NCBI GenBank assembly: GCA_049724395.1
Contig: JAUGWO010000062.1
Coordinates: 62,001 to 126,000 of the forward strand
Source: Spongospora subterranea f. sp. subterranea
Lineage: Eukaryota
Direction: 5' to 3'
Length of the DNA stretch: 64,000 nt
The notes under the pieces were generated by a model. It saw only the letters and a list, made by a program, of their open reading frames with translations, did no database searches and was not told the origin of the DNA. How positions within the stretch are numbered: position 1 is the stretch's first letter; every line of letters starts with the position of its first letter. A program made the position numbers and the translations under genes. Below, one piece after another: positions 23,060-35,656 of the stretch.

Positions 23060-24960
23060 GTGCATGAGCTGATGATGATCGATTGCCAACCGTCACCGCC
23101 GCTGGTTGTACCGAATCCATCATCGGAGCCGGTCTCAACGCGTGAGCCATCAATCACGTTGGACAACTTGTCAAATCCACCACGTCAGCACGTACTGAAT
23201 CAATCATCGCGGACGTCAGATGAAATGTCTACTACCCCTATTTCGCCGCTTCCTGAATCGTCTTGTCCATCGATAACCGCGGTGTCTGAGCCCACGCCTG
23301 AATATCCACAAGGTGAAGTTCATTATCGCCTCCAAGTCCCAGTTGGATACACAGCTCGCGATGTTCGAGGTGTGGGCTGGGCCATGTTCGTGTATGGTTC
23401 CAACAAATCGAAGAATGTGGTAGTGCATCACAAAGCTTATCTCGGTAACTTCCAGTGCCCAGTAACAGGTTGCCAATTCTCCGAACGACCTCGTGTTCCA
23501 AGAGGCAATACCACCAAATTTTCAGAACCCATGGCATCGCGTACAGCAGACACATTAACTGGTCAGGCATGTTGCCTCATACTGTACGCGATGGCATGGG
23601 TTCTGAAAATTTGGTGGTATTGCCTCTTGGAACACGAGGTCGTTCGGAGAATTGGCACAGGCCTGGATGGGGCAGATCAGATCCGACCTGTTACTGGGCA
23701 CTGGGAGATACCGATTCGGGATTCCCTGGAGCTTCATTTATCAAGGATTCAAGGCCATTAACACATGCGCGATGGATACTGGCCTAATGGCTATTCTAGG
23801 TTCTTTTATAAATACGGCGGGCTGTCAGAGGTTGCAGACATCGATCACCTTCGGAAAGTTATGGTGTTATTGGAGGCGAAAGAGTATGACCGGGCTCGAT
23901 TCATCTGGTGCACTACCGTCCTTGGAAAACCAGAAACTGGCGAACACGATCTGTATGGCTCAGTAGAAAGCAATCTCTGTGATGGATGTCCTGCTTTATT
24001 CAGTTTCAAGACGTCCTTCGAATTGCAATGCGGGTCGGATTTCTGCCCGACTCCTCATGCAGTATCGTCGAATTCCCGGCAGCCTGAAAGCGGTGGCGTT
24101 GGAAAACTCTTCACTCAAGTACATCCACCCGCATACTGCAAGCGGTTTACGCAGGAGGCTCTGGAAGTTTTCTTCAGCGAGCACAACGCGTCATGTGAAA
24201 TGATAGCCACAGAAGAGCACGTAGCCGACAAACCCATGGAGGCATTTCGATCACAGCCCTTTCTCAGCGAAGAGCTCACCGTAATCGGCGAGGAATTTTG
24301 TTGCGCGGGGACCCGTCGTTATCTTTCCCGAAACACCATTTCGTATCCAGTACTGCTACACGTCGCGTGTCCTGTCGGCGATAATGAGTCTTCACAGATG
24401 ATCCAGAACATCCTTGTCGGGGATAAGGAGTACGTCCTGGCCGCTTTGATATATTCTATCAACCACAAAACCCACTTCTCATGGCACATGTTCGTGCGCG
24501 GCCGACCCTTATATTACGATGGGATGACGAGACCAGTCCTACGATGGCATTCATTGGCGGAGTATCAACGGACGACACACCCGATCTCGCACATCTGGTA
24601 TCTTCGAGCCAATCGCGAAATTGCGAATACCTGTTCATCGTCGTCGAGCGGTGATCAATCAAGCGAAAGTCAGACAAAACCGTCCAAGCGGCAGCGCCGT
24701 ACATTAACTCCCGTTGAAACGGCGGAAACAATAAAGGCGAAGTTGCTGCCTCCCAAGAAGAAAGAACAAAAAAAAATATCCGATCGGCATTTCTGTGCAG
24801 ATCGTCGGCACGAGAGGAGCATTGCCGACATGCGCGACCTGTGCCAAAACAAATTGGGCGCGGCAACAATAGAATTGTGCATCGAATATTGACCGATGCA
24901 GCCCGTGGATTATATGAATCCAATTCTTCCATGATAAGGATACTTGTTTGCAGTAGATGT
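23060..24960 (+). pseudogene. Disrupted gene: GCM-like Zn domain, inversion scar, then USP-like cysteine peptidase domain
   Basis: GWAM...KAYLGNFQCPVTGCQFSERP (GCM-like); NTCAMDTGL (Cys-box-like, TGC 23766-23768); YVLAALIYS...THF...LYYDGM...SHIWYLR (His-box-like). Confidence 0.5.
23452..23704. repeat. Fold-back inverted duplication: 76-bp arms (23471-23546 / 23582-23657) plus a 19-bp extension (23452-23470 / 23686-23704)
   Basis: Direct reverse-complement match with one mismatch in the main arm; 28-nt interruption at 23658-23685. Confidence 0.95.
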
Positions 24961-25323
24961 CGCCCAAGCAGATGATGTCGCTGCCTTTCGATATCAAATA
25001 AACTTGCTATGATGCTGCAGTCAACCGCTAGGGCGTTTTGGCCAGGGGCTTCTCAGTTTCGCTTGATAAATCATCGTTTGTCGAAGATCTGTACTTTTCG
25101 CTGTGTCTCGATTGGCTCTGATGTACCAAAAACTTGGGCTAGACAATAGGCCCAACCATCAATTTTTATTTATTGGTTCTACCATTGAATTAATGCTTGA
25201 GTACGTACCATGAGCACCTGCCTGATTTCGTAGTGAGTTCGTACGAACTAAAATCAATCAGCCCTACTTAGCTGAAGAGGATATATATATAACCGCGATC
25301 GACGGAAAGTGCAGCAACCAGTG

Positions 25324-25759
25324 TAGAGATGTCAACGAGTCAACGTCGAGTTGGGCGAGTTGGCAATATCAGTGGCGAGTCGGACTCGAGTTGGTGCGGA
25401 ATTTCAGCGAGTTGATTCGGGTGGACTCATTAGCAAGCGCCGAGCGAACCTTGATGACGAATCGGTCTCCGGAATCTGCCAAACAGCAGTCCTCCTAGAA
25501 GTATAACGAATGCATGGAAAAGGTTTCAACAAAAACCGCTTGATCGCAGCGAGGTGTATGGACATAATGATTCAGAAACAGCCGAGCCCGACAACCGTTC
25601 TCGAAGAATCCAGCAATCAAGCATCTACCTACACTTCTACAGCATTCTGTAGAATTCTCGAGGTAAAGTGGAGTTGCTGCTGGCCCTAACGAGTCCAACT
25701 CGAGTTGGGCCGGGCAACCGTGAACATGTCAACTCGACTGGACTCGCTGAGCATGTCTG
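25324..25759. mobile_element. Degenerate non-autonomous hAT-like/MITE element
   Basis: Left TAGAGATGTCAACGAGTCAACGTCGAGTTG versus right reverse complement CAGACATGCTCAGCGAGTCCAGTCGAGTTG; clustered CGAGT/ACTCG motifs at both ends; no TSD. Confidence 0.4.
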
Positions 25760-25969
25760 TACTGTACCACTCAACCTGGCCAGGTGCCGGTTTAGAAACG
25801 ATTTTGACTCTATTGGACCGTGCGGGTCCTCGACTCCTCGTGCAGGCACATCAGCAACCACGAAATCGGTCGATACGCTCATTTGCCTCAGCTCGAATAC
25901 AGACCCTAAACAAATCACAAAATTTGATTCGCCATGTACTTGGAGTTTGGGAAATTTATTGTTGGTTCG

Positions 25970-26251
25970 TCAAATTGTTCCATATTTTTTATTTTTGTTC
26001 TTTCTCTGACCGCTTAACTGGTCGATGAAGGCAACGCGTTTTGAGGCTTCCCTTTGCCGTAACACCTGATCATCGTATAAATCGGGGCCTTGGCGATTGT
26101 GCTTGTAGTGTTGTAATTTGTCTGATTTGAAGGGGATGTGGAACAGACTCTGCATAGATCTGACCTGGGCAATGGAGACAATACCCACAATACAGATCGT
26201 GGCGATAACAAACACAACTCGTGCAGTAGCTGGTAAAGTAGATCGCGCCAT
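25970..26251 (-). CDS. Small single-TM protein with basic C-terminus (93 aa), function unknown
   Basis: ATG-initiated ORF with hydrophobic stretch VVFVIATICIVGIVSIA followed by a charged tail. Confidence 0.4.
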   Translation of the reverse strand: MARSTLPATARVVFVIATICIVGIVSIAQVRSMQSLFHIPFKSDKLQHYKHNRQGPDLYDDQVLRQREASKRVAFIDQLSGQRKNKNKKYGTI

Positions 26252-27548
26252 ATTGAGGTTCCCAGTTTGATCCCCTGAGATTGCAGTCAGAGAGTACAGT
26301 AGTTGAAATTCGTGGACCCTTCTTGGTCAAATATCAGTTATCGTTGAGCGGTTTTTTGTTTGTTATCTCAGCGACGCCTCTACCGACTGAAGTACATTTT
26401 GAGCAACAATAGGTTGACCTCGCCCGTTCTGCATACACAATCAGCAATCTATGTGAGGAGCGAAACAATGCAGAGACGGCTGAACCAGATCGAGCGACTA
26501 TTGCCTGATGGTGTCATCGACTTGAGTCACAAATTCGCCCATTTTCCAGGTCATGGACAAGAAACATGTTGTCTCACGATCCGGTCAAAACTTCCAGGAA
26601 CCTTCCTTCGATTTCTAACTTAACCTTTCACAATGTAATTCCAAATTCCAACCCTGAGTATTTCAAAATCCTTGGCTTTGGGATTTAATTTTGTCCGACA
26701 CCTAATATCGTAAACATTTCAGGATTGGAATCACATTGTAAAAGGGTTAAGTTGAAAATCGAAGGAAGGTGGTCGATTGCTAGAAGAGAAATTTCTCTGG
26801 TTCTCAAATGAACAACACAATCGATCCGTCAAAAGATGACGATATTTTCTGTTTCTACGATCCAACACAACCTTTGCCTCAAACAACAATCAAGATTAGG
26901 GAACAAGGCTCCATCAGTTCGAGTACAATGGCGTCTGCAAATATGATGTCTGGGATCTGTGCTGCAGGAGCTTCCTGCCGAACGATGAAGATCAACTGGG
27001 TTTAGTATCAAAGTATTGGTCTTTCTTGATGACATCTCCATCGAGCAGTAAAATCGCCAGCAACAATACTTCACAATGAATTGCAATTGTTTTCAGCGGG
27101 TGCCGTGGTGTGCTTGGGGTTATGTTGATTCGGAAAATCGAGTTCGCCGTTGATTCGGGGTGGAACAATGGATTCTAAATTGGAAGTTTTTACCAAGTAA
27201 ACGCAGACTGCAGTGCGACTTCAAATAAGAGCAGCCTACAAAGCGAACTTGTGGGCGGAGTGGAGAAACACCGCTGTCCTACTGTAGCCAGTGACGCTCA
27301 TATCTATATATAGGACTGGCCGCAGTCAAACCCAGGTCTACATGTTACCCTGGCGCAGTCAGAGCCGAGTCGCCACACTGACACCAATGTGGCCAGCACA
27401 ACACGTCAACAAGAGACGTGGCCCAGACTGCCAAGAGGCACCTGATTGTAGCCCGCTTGGGCTGCCAGATCCACAAAAACTTGACTTTTCGATTGTCACA
27501 TGACGTGTGTACTGTACTTGTGATATCGATCCGATTAGCGCCACTCCA

Positions 27549-28547
27549 ATGACGTCGATGGTCGAATATTGGACGGCGATCGGCAATATCGATTGCATTC
27601 ATAGGCATCAACAGACATCAGTGTCCCCTCCGTCCATCGCCTTCACTGGGAATTTTCCCGTCGATTATCGCAGCGCTTGTGGCGCTCTTGGCGTCCTACC
27701 GCATCCGAAACTCGTCCCTACACGGATCGATGACAATAATGACGCCATCCAGGTGTTCGGGTTCGAGTTCGATCTTGGGACGGCCGCCGCCCTAACCCTA
27801 TGTCTCCCATCCTGTCGACGTATATCCACTCTGCAGTTCCTGAACGCCGGCCTCACTGCCGATGTGATCCGATTACTGGCAACGGCTATTCCCCAATCGG
27901 CGGTCGTTCGGCTTCACCTCGATTGGAATCCGATCAGCAATCACGACGCTTTGGTCGGGCTAGTCGGTCCCAACAGCCCGTTGCAGTTCCTGAATCTGCG
28001 CGGGAATCGGCTGACGGATGGCGCCATCCAGCCCATATTGTCGGCGATCGCCGACGGCGGTCAGCTACGGGTCCTCAATCTGAGCAGCAATCGGATTACG
28101 TCCTCATCGTGCGCCGCGATCGCTAATATTCTTCGCCAAGATCGCACGATAATATCACTATCGCTGTCCCACAATTCGATATCCGACGATGGTCTGATCG
28201 AGATTCTGAGCGCGTTGGTCCCGTTCCCGCTCGATCCCGCCGAGGCCAAACTGGCCAAGAAGTTCCTGCCCCGAGGGAAACTGTCAACGGGCCAGGTCGG
28301 CTGTCTAGGGAATAACGTCCTGAAGAACCTGTCCTGCGCCTTCGCTGGAATAACGGACCGAGGGGTTTCGGCCGCCGTCGCCACCCTGCTTGAGAACACC
28401 ACGTTGGCCAGATTAGCATTCACCAACAACACCAGGATATCCGATACGATTGTCGCCGAGTTGCGGAACCATGGGCGGATCTGTCTGGATTCGCCAGCTC
28501 CATCTGTGTTTCCTGACGATGATGGACTCGATCAGGCCGAATCATGA
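27549..28547 (+). CDS. RNI-like leucine-rich repeat protein (LRRC71-like)
   Basis: LHLDWNPI, LNLRGNRLTD, LNLSSNRIT, LSLSHNSISDDG; N-terminal FTGNFPVDY...GVLPHP. Start uncertain. Confidence 0.8.
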   Translation: MTSMVEYWTAIGNIDCIHRHQQTSVSPPSIAFTGNFPVDYRSACGALGVLPHPKLVPTRIDDNNDAIQVFGFEFDLGTAAALTLCLPSCRRISTLQFLNAGLTADVIRLLATAIPQSAVVRLHLDWNPISNHDALVGLVGPNSPLQFLNLRGNRLTDGAIQPILSAIADGGQLRVLNLSSNRITSSSCAAIANILRQDRTIISLSLSHNSISDDGLIEILSALVPFPLDPAEAKLAKKFLPRGKLSTGQVGCLGNNVLKNLSCAFAGITDRGVSAAVATLLENTTLARLAFTNNTRISDTIVAELRNHGRICLDSPAPSVFPDDDGLDQAES

Positions 28548-29779
28548 GGTCGTTCGCCCCCGCCCCGTATTTATTACTCTATACTGATCCCGTCGATGAT
28601 ATATTCTCCGATCATATTTATACACAGGTTGATTATTCGATTGATCGCTGTCGAGACGACACCGGTGATTTTACAGAGTTTCATGGAACAAATACAGGCG
28701 ATATGTGACCTAGATAGTTTGACCTAGGTAGTTGTTCTGCACCAGCAACCAGTATAGACAGTTTACGAAGCACTTTCCCTGTTATCCCATGGCAACCGGT
28801 AGTCGCTCTAATCCTGCTCTGCCAACAAATCGACCCCATCAGGGTGCGAAAAGGCAGCAGGACTCAATGGTCGTACAGTAGCGACATTTCTCAACGGTTG
28901 ATCGATGGTCAAATTGAACAATGATCGAATGTGGGACATTGTGGTCAACTATGCAATAGTATTCATCTGGCGGTCTCCCAGATATGGCATTTATCGCCAT
29001 TTCGATCCAGAGCCCGCGTCGATGCCCCGAGAAGGACAATCTTGACATTGATTCGTCATGGGAAATTGTCGTGCGATATGTAATGACCTGCCCGAATTGG
29101 TGGCGGTTTCTCGAGATCAGGGATGCGGTATTATTCCAGCTGGATGATGGAATTAGGAACGGAGCCGGAACCGCCAGAGGGATTTTGCGAGGAAATCCAA
29201 GGCGATGACCTCGTGTTCCAAATTGGGCTGATGTTGTAGAGCCCAGGACGTCTGCTGGTTGATGTGTGGCTCTGATATATTCTAGCGGGGATCTTGCTCA
29301 TGATTGTTCGAATTGGGAGCGGGTACAGAATGAGGTGCAGATGGGAGATCAGAGGATACGCGAATTGAAATGTGGTTTGAGACCGCTCGTGATATATCAC
29401 TTTACACACCACTTCCAACTTGAACAATCTTGATCAAGACGACCCCAGCTTTATCAACCCATGACGTATCTGGGAGTCGGATTCGAATCAAACTGTCGCC
29501 GTCTGAGAATCGGCAGTCAATCAATCAATATTTCTGGATTTGTTAGACGGAGGCGCACCACGACAAACAAAGCTCCTGGACACTTGCGCCAATCCCCTCT
29601 GATCGCAGCCCATCTCTGCGGGCGACTATCGTAAAGATCTTCAAAGACCACCGATTTCTGATTTGAAATCCGTTCTGGTTTCGGGCGGGGCTTACCGATA
29701 ACAGCCTGGACGAGCTAGCGCCATCGACATCTGACACCGTGATCGCGACCTGAACCCCCTCACCAACCACTGAACGGGC

Positions 29780-30370
29780 TCATTAATAATCCAGCACGTT
29801 CCGCCTTTCACCCACGTCGCCCGAACACGTCTCCAACGATAACAAGGGGTCAGGCCACTTTCGGTCAAGTTTCGTCATGATGCATCGGGGATATGGTAGT
29901 CGTTCTCCATGGCAGGAATAGCGGTATTGTTTATGGTGCAATCGACGGATGATCGTTCTTGGCAGTGAAGGAAGGTGGCTGACATTAGCTGTTTTCCTGG
30001 GATGAACCGTTTGCGTGGAACTGAGTTCGGTGCCGGTTCGAACCGTGATAACATCTGGCGGAACCAAAACGACGCGAACCAGCCTTTGTCATTCCACGCC
30101 GTCCGGCCAGATCACGCCTTGTCCTGCCTGACCATCGCGAGCAACAGCCGCTGTTCGTTCAGTATAATTGTTGCGAACCTGGACCGAAACTTGAACAAGT
30201 GGCAGTCTGTATCAATACACGTCGGTTTTATGTCAACGGATCTGGTTCGTCCTACCGTAAGGCTGGTGTGGCCCCGAAAGTACGTGCTGGACTCTCGTTG
30301 GTATCGAGATCAATTGCAGTATCTTCTCGATTGGGAAGGATACCCGCCGTCAGAGCGATCGTGGGAGACC
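29780..30370. mobile_element. Scrambled chromoviral integrase remnants
   Basis: KLDRKWPDP (GPY/F-like) on - strand near 29845-29875; chromodomain fragment [28 protein letters not shown] on + strand at 30284-30367. Confidence 0.55.
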
Positions 30371-30455
30371 GCACGTACCTTTGGTGCCCACACCAGCCTT
30401 ATGTTGGGACGAACCAGATCCGTTGATATAAAACCGACGTGTATTGATACAAACT
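30204..30455. repeat. Inverted repeat with about 85-bp arms (30204-30287 / 30371-30455) around an 83-nt loop
   Basis: Arms are reverse complements with about 9 differences. Confidence 0.92.
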
Positions 30456-30659
30456 ATGCAAGAAGTTGACAAGAATGACCAGCAAGAGGTCATTCTTGTC
30501 GGAAACTGCGGCGGAACTGCGAATGTTAAGAATTGTATTCCTAACATCACCCCCTCCTTAAGCCAGGGCCCGGCTTGGACGGGTAATCCACATGAAACCG
30601 ACGAATCGTGTACTGTAAGGTGTTAGGAAATGCTCCCGAGATACACAGTTACCAACTGA

Positions 30660-31215
30660 CCCAAAAGGTAATTGCGATGAACTCGACGCTCCTGGGCGCG
30701 TTTAAATAGGCGATCCCCGCATCTGATGGCCGTCATGATTAGGGCGCAAGCAAGTCGGCTGGCTCCGGGCACGTCAGCAGTAGATCTTTCACATCCTCGT
30801 TGAGGCCCTTTCGGAACTGGTGTAGCGTCGCAGCGCCGTCCCAACCTGCGTCGGCGACCAGCAGCTGAAACTCGCTGACATATGTAGCGACTGTGCGGCG
30901 ACCTTGGCGCAGCGCCTCCAATCGTCGAGCGGCTGTAAACTGCATTGTTCGGATCCTCAAACCGTGCCCGTAACACAACAATGAATCTGACAAAATCATG
31001 GAGCAACGGATCTCGTCGCTCAAAAATTGGTGAGAACCAGAGCAAGGCGTTTCCTGTGAGAAGGTCCCCAACCAACATCACCTTGTCGGAATCCGTAGCG
31101 GATGTCCTGGGTTTACGAATGATGACCATGGATATTAAGTTGATAAAACCTCGCAGGGTGGATCGGGAACCGTCGAAATCTAACCGACATTGGGTACGTT
31201 TGGAGAATATTTCAC
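30660..31215 (-). mobile_element. Frameshifted Ty3/Gypsy (chromovirus-type) gag
   Basis: FDGSRSTLRGFI, LLTGNALLWF, LEALRQGRRTVATYVSEF, FRKGLNEDVKD. Confidence 0.85.
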
Positions 31216-32141
31216 CTTAAATACGACACGTTTGGAGCATTATGATGGGCCGGAGCCGTGACAAAATCCTAAAAAAACGGGTTTATTTGGAATTTAAACT
31301 GCCATATTGGCCATAAAACGAGGCTTGGATGAAACTTGGCAACCATGAAGAGTTTCGGGATTGTCATCGCAAATACTGTAGACCTGTCGATTTGCAAGTT
31401 AACGACGCTGTTCAACGAACCTGATTCTGACTGAAAAACTGTCCCCAGCCGTAATGCTATTCACAATGCATGTTTTGTATTCTTGAAACAAAAGGCTTGC
31501 GCCCAAAGGTGGTTTGTGTATAAACTCAACTCCATTGGCTGATCGAGGCCACGTCATTTTATATTGAAGTTGATTATCCGGTCCGAATCGGCCAGAACCA
31601 TATCACTTGGACAAAAGACATAACCGCAATTGCCTTCTACTAGGAGAGCGGCAACTTGGAAAAGCACACAAGCGAGTCGCGAGCTTGAGCACATCCGGAC
31701 GAGATACAGCTCTATGCTTGATAACTATTGAAAGCTGTCGCCAATTCAGATATCAGGTCATTCGATTTGATTGTTTGATGAAAATAAACGGTGGCAGCTC
31801 AGCTATCTTATGTGATTCCGGAACAGTTTCGTCTGGCAACCAGCTCATGAGCACCGAAGTGCTGACTCGCGGTCAAACCAGATTATGAAAAACTCCAGTA
31901 GAGATATTTCTCATCATCACTGCAATATCGTATATTTTGTAATTGCAGTCTAGGTTTTAACAAAGACTGAAGAACGAGGACAATTCCGTACGGACTAAAT
32001 ACGATCTGAAGCCGGCAAGATATTTATGGGACCCTCCCTGACTGAAATGTATGAAATGGCATATTCCACCACACGGTTGCATGAAATTCTACAGATAGGA
32101 ATATATTATATCCATTGGATAGATTCACTGTTCGCATTCGA

Positions 32142-35100
32142 TTACTCCCGATTGACCAGACGTTGCCTGAGACAAAACTCAGTAAGAGGCATAGATTAGT
32201 GAACTCGATATTTTGACATACCCAACCAAATATCGATCATTGAACAAAGACTTCTCCAGGTTCGAATACCATCGCGATATTATGGCGACGACGAAAGCAA
32301 GTACACGAACATTGGCAAATATGGCAAAACTGAGTCTATATATGATTTCTTGCCGTTCCAGCGAATCGTCATACCAAGGATACAGCCATTGCGAAAAGAC
32401 GTAAGGCACGACTGAAATATAATTCAACAGAAAAAAGTCAAACAATCAACATTGACTTACGAAGATGGACCCCAATAATAGACAGTAACGGCCACACTAC
32501 TTCTGTCAAAACCAAGATAACATCAAGGCCATTAACACCCATGCGTTCAACACGTTGAATCTTCTCTTTCCAATGGGCAGAAGGAATAAATCCGACATGA
32601 AGTAGCCTGGCCCAAATTTTAAGCCCAACAAGACCCATCGCCCAATCTTGGGCTGAAATAACTGTTAAATTTTGTTGTTTTACCAAAACCCGAACTCCAC
32701 TTACTGAAGAAGATCACAGGACTTTCATTGAACGGTACCCTTAATGGAACAATTACAACAAGATCGAATAGCAAACCCGCGAATAAAGGGAGCAGGAAGC
32801 CACCGCCTAAGCAGATGCACATCAATTTTGCAACCTAATATCACCCTTAGTTGTGCAAAGCAAAAAAAATATAATCGAAACTTACGAACAACCCCCATTT
32901 AGAAGCAATAGTTACAAGACGAGCCATATCTCTCCTATGGACAATGCTGTAAAGCTGCTCGAGACACCATCCAATGATGAAGTAGAAATTGCATCCTGTA
33001 ACCGAACCACATTGAGCCCCGTAAAAATCGGATCAAAGTAATTGCAGCATACCAACGAGAAAGGCGTAAACATCATGATAGGGCACAGAGGCAAGTATCA
33101 TGCGCCCAGTCAATAGGGGTATGAATATACAGATAGACGAGAGCATTAAAAATGTTAACCACGCTAGAAGGAACAACGCAAACACACGTAGAGTTAAATG
33201 CGACGGAGATCTATTCTGGGGCGACGACGAGTCCGAGGGAGGAGATAGAATGACATCTGTCAACGACAACAGGCGACACATCCAGCGGAACCACAACTCT
33301 GCAAATTTGATATGTCGGCGCCCCATATGAACCCTTTCAACGACAAAAGGCAAACAGAAATGTAGGAAGACAAAATCTGTTGGTATCCTGCTGGAACAAC
33401 ATCACTGCAATTAGAACAAGGCAAACAATAGACTGTATGCTCAAACATGTACTCTGTTGCGTCGGTAAATCGAAGATTTAACGGTGCCAACGATGGAATT
33501 GCTCGAATCGCAATCCTTGAGGGAATATGAAGGAACAAAACTAGAAGGACCAGGTATATGAGAAACGATAGAACCAAGCTGCGGCACAGTCGCAAAACTG
33601 GCTTATCGATGAGCTCTTGAACTGGATGAAAGTCCGGATCGTCAGGCTAAAAACGCAAGGTTAATACAGACAACAAAAATATGCAGACCCACCACATACG
33701 TCTCGGAATAAAAGCAGGTAAACATCGCGGCGTATAGTCTGGCGTAGGACAGAAGCGACAATCGACAATTCAAGAAATAACGCAATCCCGATGACCCAAT
33801 ATACAAGTGAGGAGAAGAAAGGAGATGCCATAAACGCTTCATAGCGATCACTTGCTGCAGCGCGTCGAATGTCGATTGTCATAAAATCAATCGCCATGCC
33901 AAAAAATATGGGACACGCCACAAGCTCAATTGCCAAAAATATCGAGACTTTCCAACAAACGAATGTTTGATATAAAATTGAGCGGAGCGAACGAGCAAGA
34001 TTTGCAGTCCAGGTGTTGCCCAAGGCTGATGGGAAGACAAGAAGGAGGCATGTCAACAGGGCGATATAAATGAGTCCGACAGCAATGATCGTAAAATCTT
34101 CCATATCAGGGTTATAAGTGAGTCCCTCGATGATAGCGGATTGGGCACCATCAGGAAACAGTGGACGAGCCAAGACCGACTGAAATAGCGTATCAACAGA
34201 GTTCATCAACGTCGTGATGAGCTCAGTGCATGTGACATGGAAAATGTCGTCAAGGAAGAACTTTCCGACACGAAAAGGGAAGAAAACGATGCCAAAAAGA
34301 AACATGAAATTGCCTGTAGAAAATCTCAAATAAGTATGACTTGAGTGCAATGGTAACAGTTTTACTTACAGAGGAGGACTGAACAAAAATGAGTTACGAA
34401 AATCGTCCAGTGTCCAGAGAATCCTAGCCATTGCCACAATGGCATATCTTCTATGAAGATGCCAGGTTCAAGCTCATTGAAATCCTCACGTAACCGTGGC
34501 GGAATCTGGTTTCCTAAAACTTCAGGGTTCACTATTGCGAGATCGGCAGCTGGAGCTGGAGGTACGTCGACGCCGAGCCCAACCGGTGGAACATTGTCGG
34601 CAGGAATCAATTCCCGAAATACAGCAGCGATGGCCACAGTTATAAATATGGCCGAGCATAGTAAAACACCTGACTGAAAATCAGTCAAGATCGTCAACAG
34701 AGTTAATGGAGATGGTAATATCGTGAGAATTTGCGACGGTGAAAGTAGCCAAGATGCTTTCAGCCTAAAGCAAGCTCGCAGTAAAATTCTGGTTAGCAAC
34801 GGAACCAGAATCAACCATGCGCAAGAGACAACCAAAAATCGGAAAGCTGATGGGACCGATACTGCAACCATTTTGAATAGATCGGTAGTGACTTGCGTCC
34901 AGGTTAGTGTAGAAGGCGCATCGGGAGCGTATATCGGTGTGAAAGAAAACGCATGTTTGCAAAGCTCGCAGAGGGCATCCGAGCGTGGTCGATGCTGGAG
35001 CCAATCCTGCAGGCATGATTGATGAACCCATTTGATGGACCCACGGCATAAGCAAGGGCAATAAAGCGGATCATCGTCGGTCGATGGAGCCCTGCAGACG

Positions 35101-35144
35101 CGACATTCAATGTTATCGTCCTGGGCTATCACGAGGCTGTTCAT
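32142..35144 (-). CDS. MARCH6: RINGv (C4HC3) multi-pass membrane E3 ubiquitin ligase, MARCH6/Doa10/SUD1 family; multi-exon
   Basis: CRVCR...PCLCRGSIKWVHQSCLQDW...CELCKHAFSFTPIY, many TM segments, QDWAMGL, and terminal NDRYLVG|QRLVN with TAA at 32142-32144. Confidence 0.92.
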
Positions 35145-35656
35145 GAGGATGTAGGTTCCCCAGGGCGCGACCAGACCCCAACCTCGCCCCTACGATTGCG
35201 AAACCGTTTCGATAAGGACTCTGAAAATGATAACGATGAGTGTGGACTTAGAAGAACCCGGTTACACTACAGCCTCAAACAATAACCAGTGACCGATATC
35301 TCACTGGACTTGTAACACGCGAAGGTAACACGTACAGCACACAGTCACCGGTCTGGAATCGAACTGAGGACCTACGCTAATGGCGCACTTCTGCGATCAT
35401 GACCAAACAGTCCGCTCCTGGGGTCTTCGGACAAACATTATGTGCACGAACTCCTCTTGAGAAACTCTCGGACTGCTTGGGGAATTGCTAACCATATTTA
35501 GTTATTATCTTCAATTTCAACCCATGGGTGTATCGAGTTGCCACCGACTTCTAGAAAGAACGGGATGGTTCTATAGCTTGAGCATCGACGTCATCTCCCT
35601 CAATCGTACGGAAAAATACGAAATTTTCGCTCACTATATCAGGTCGATGATATCGA

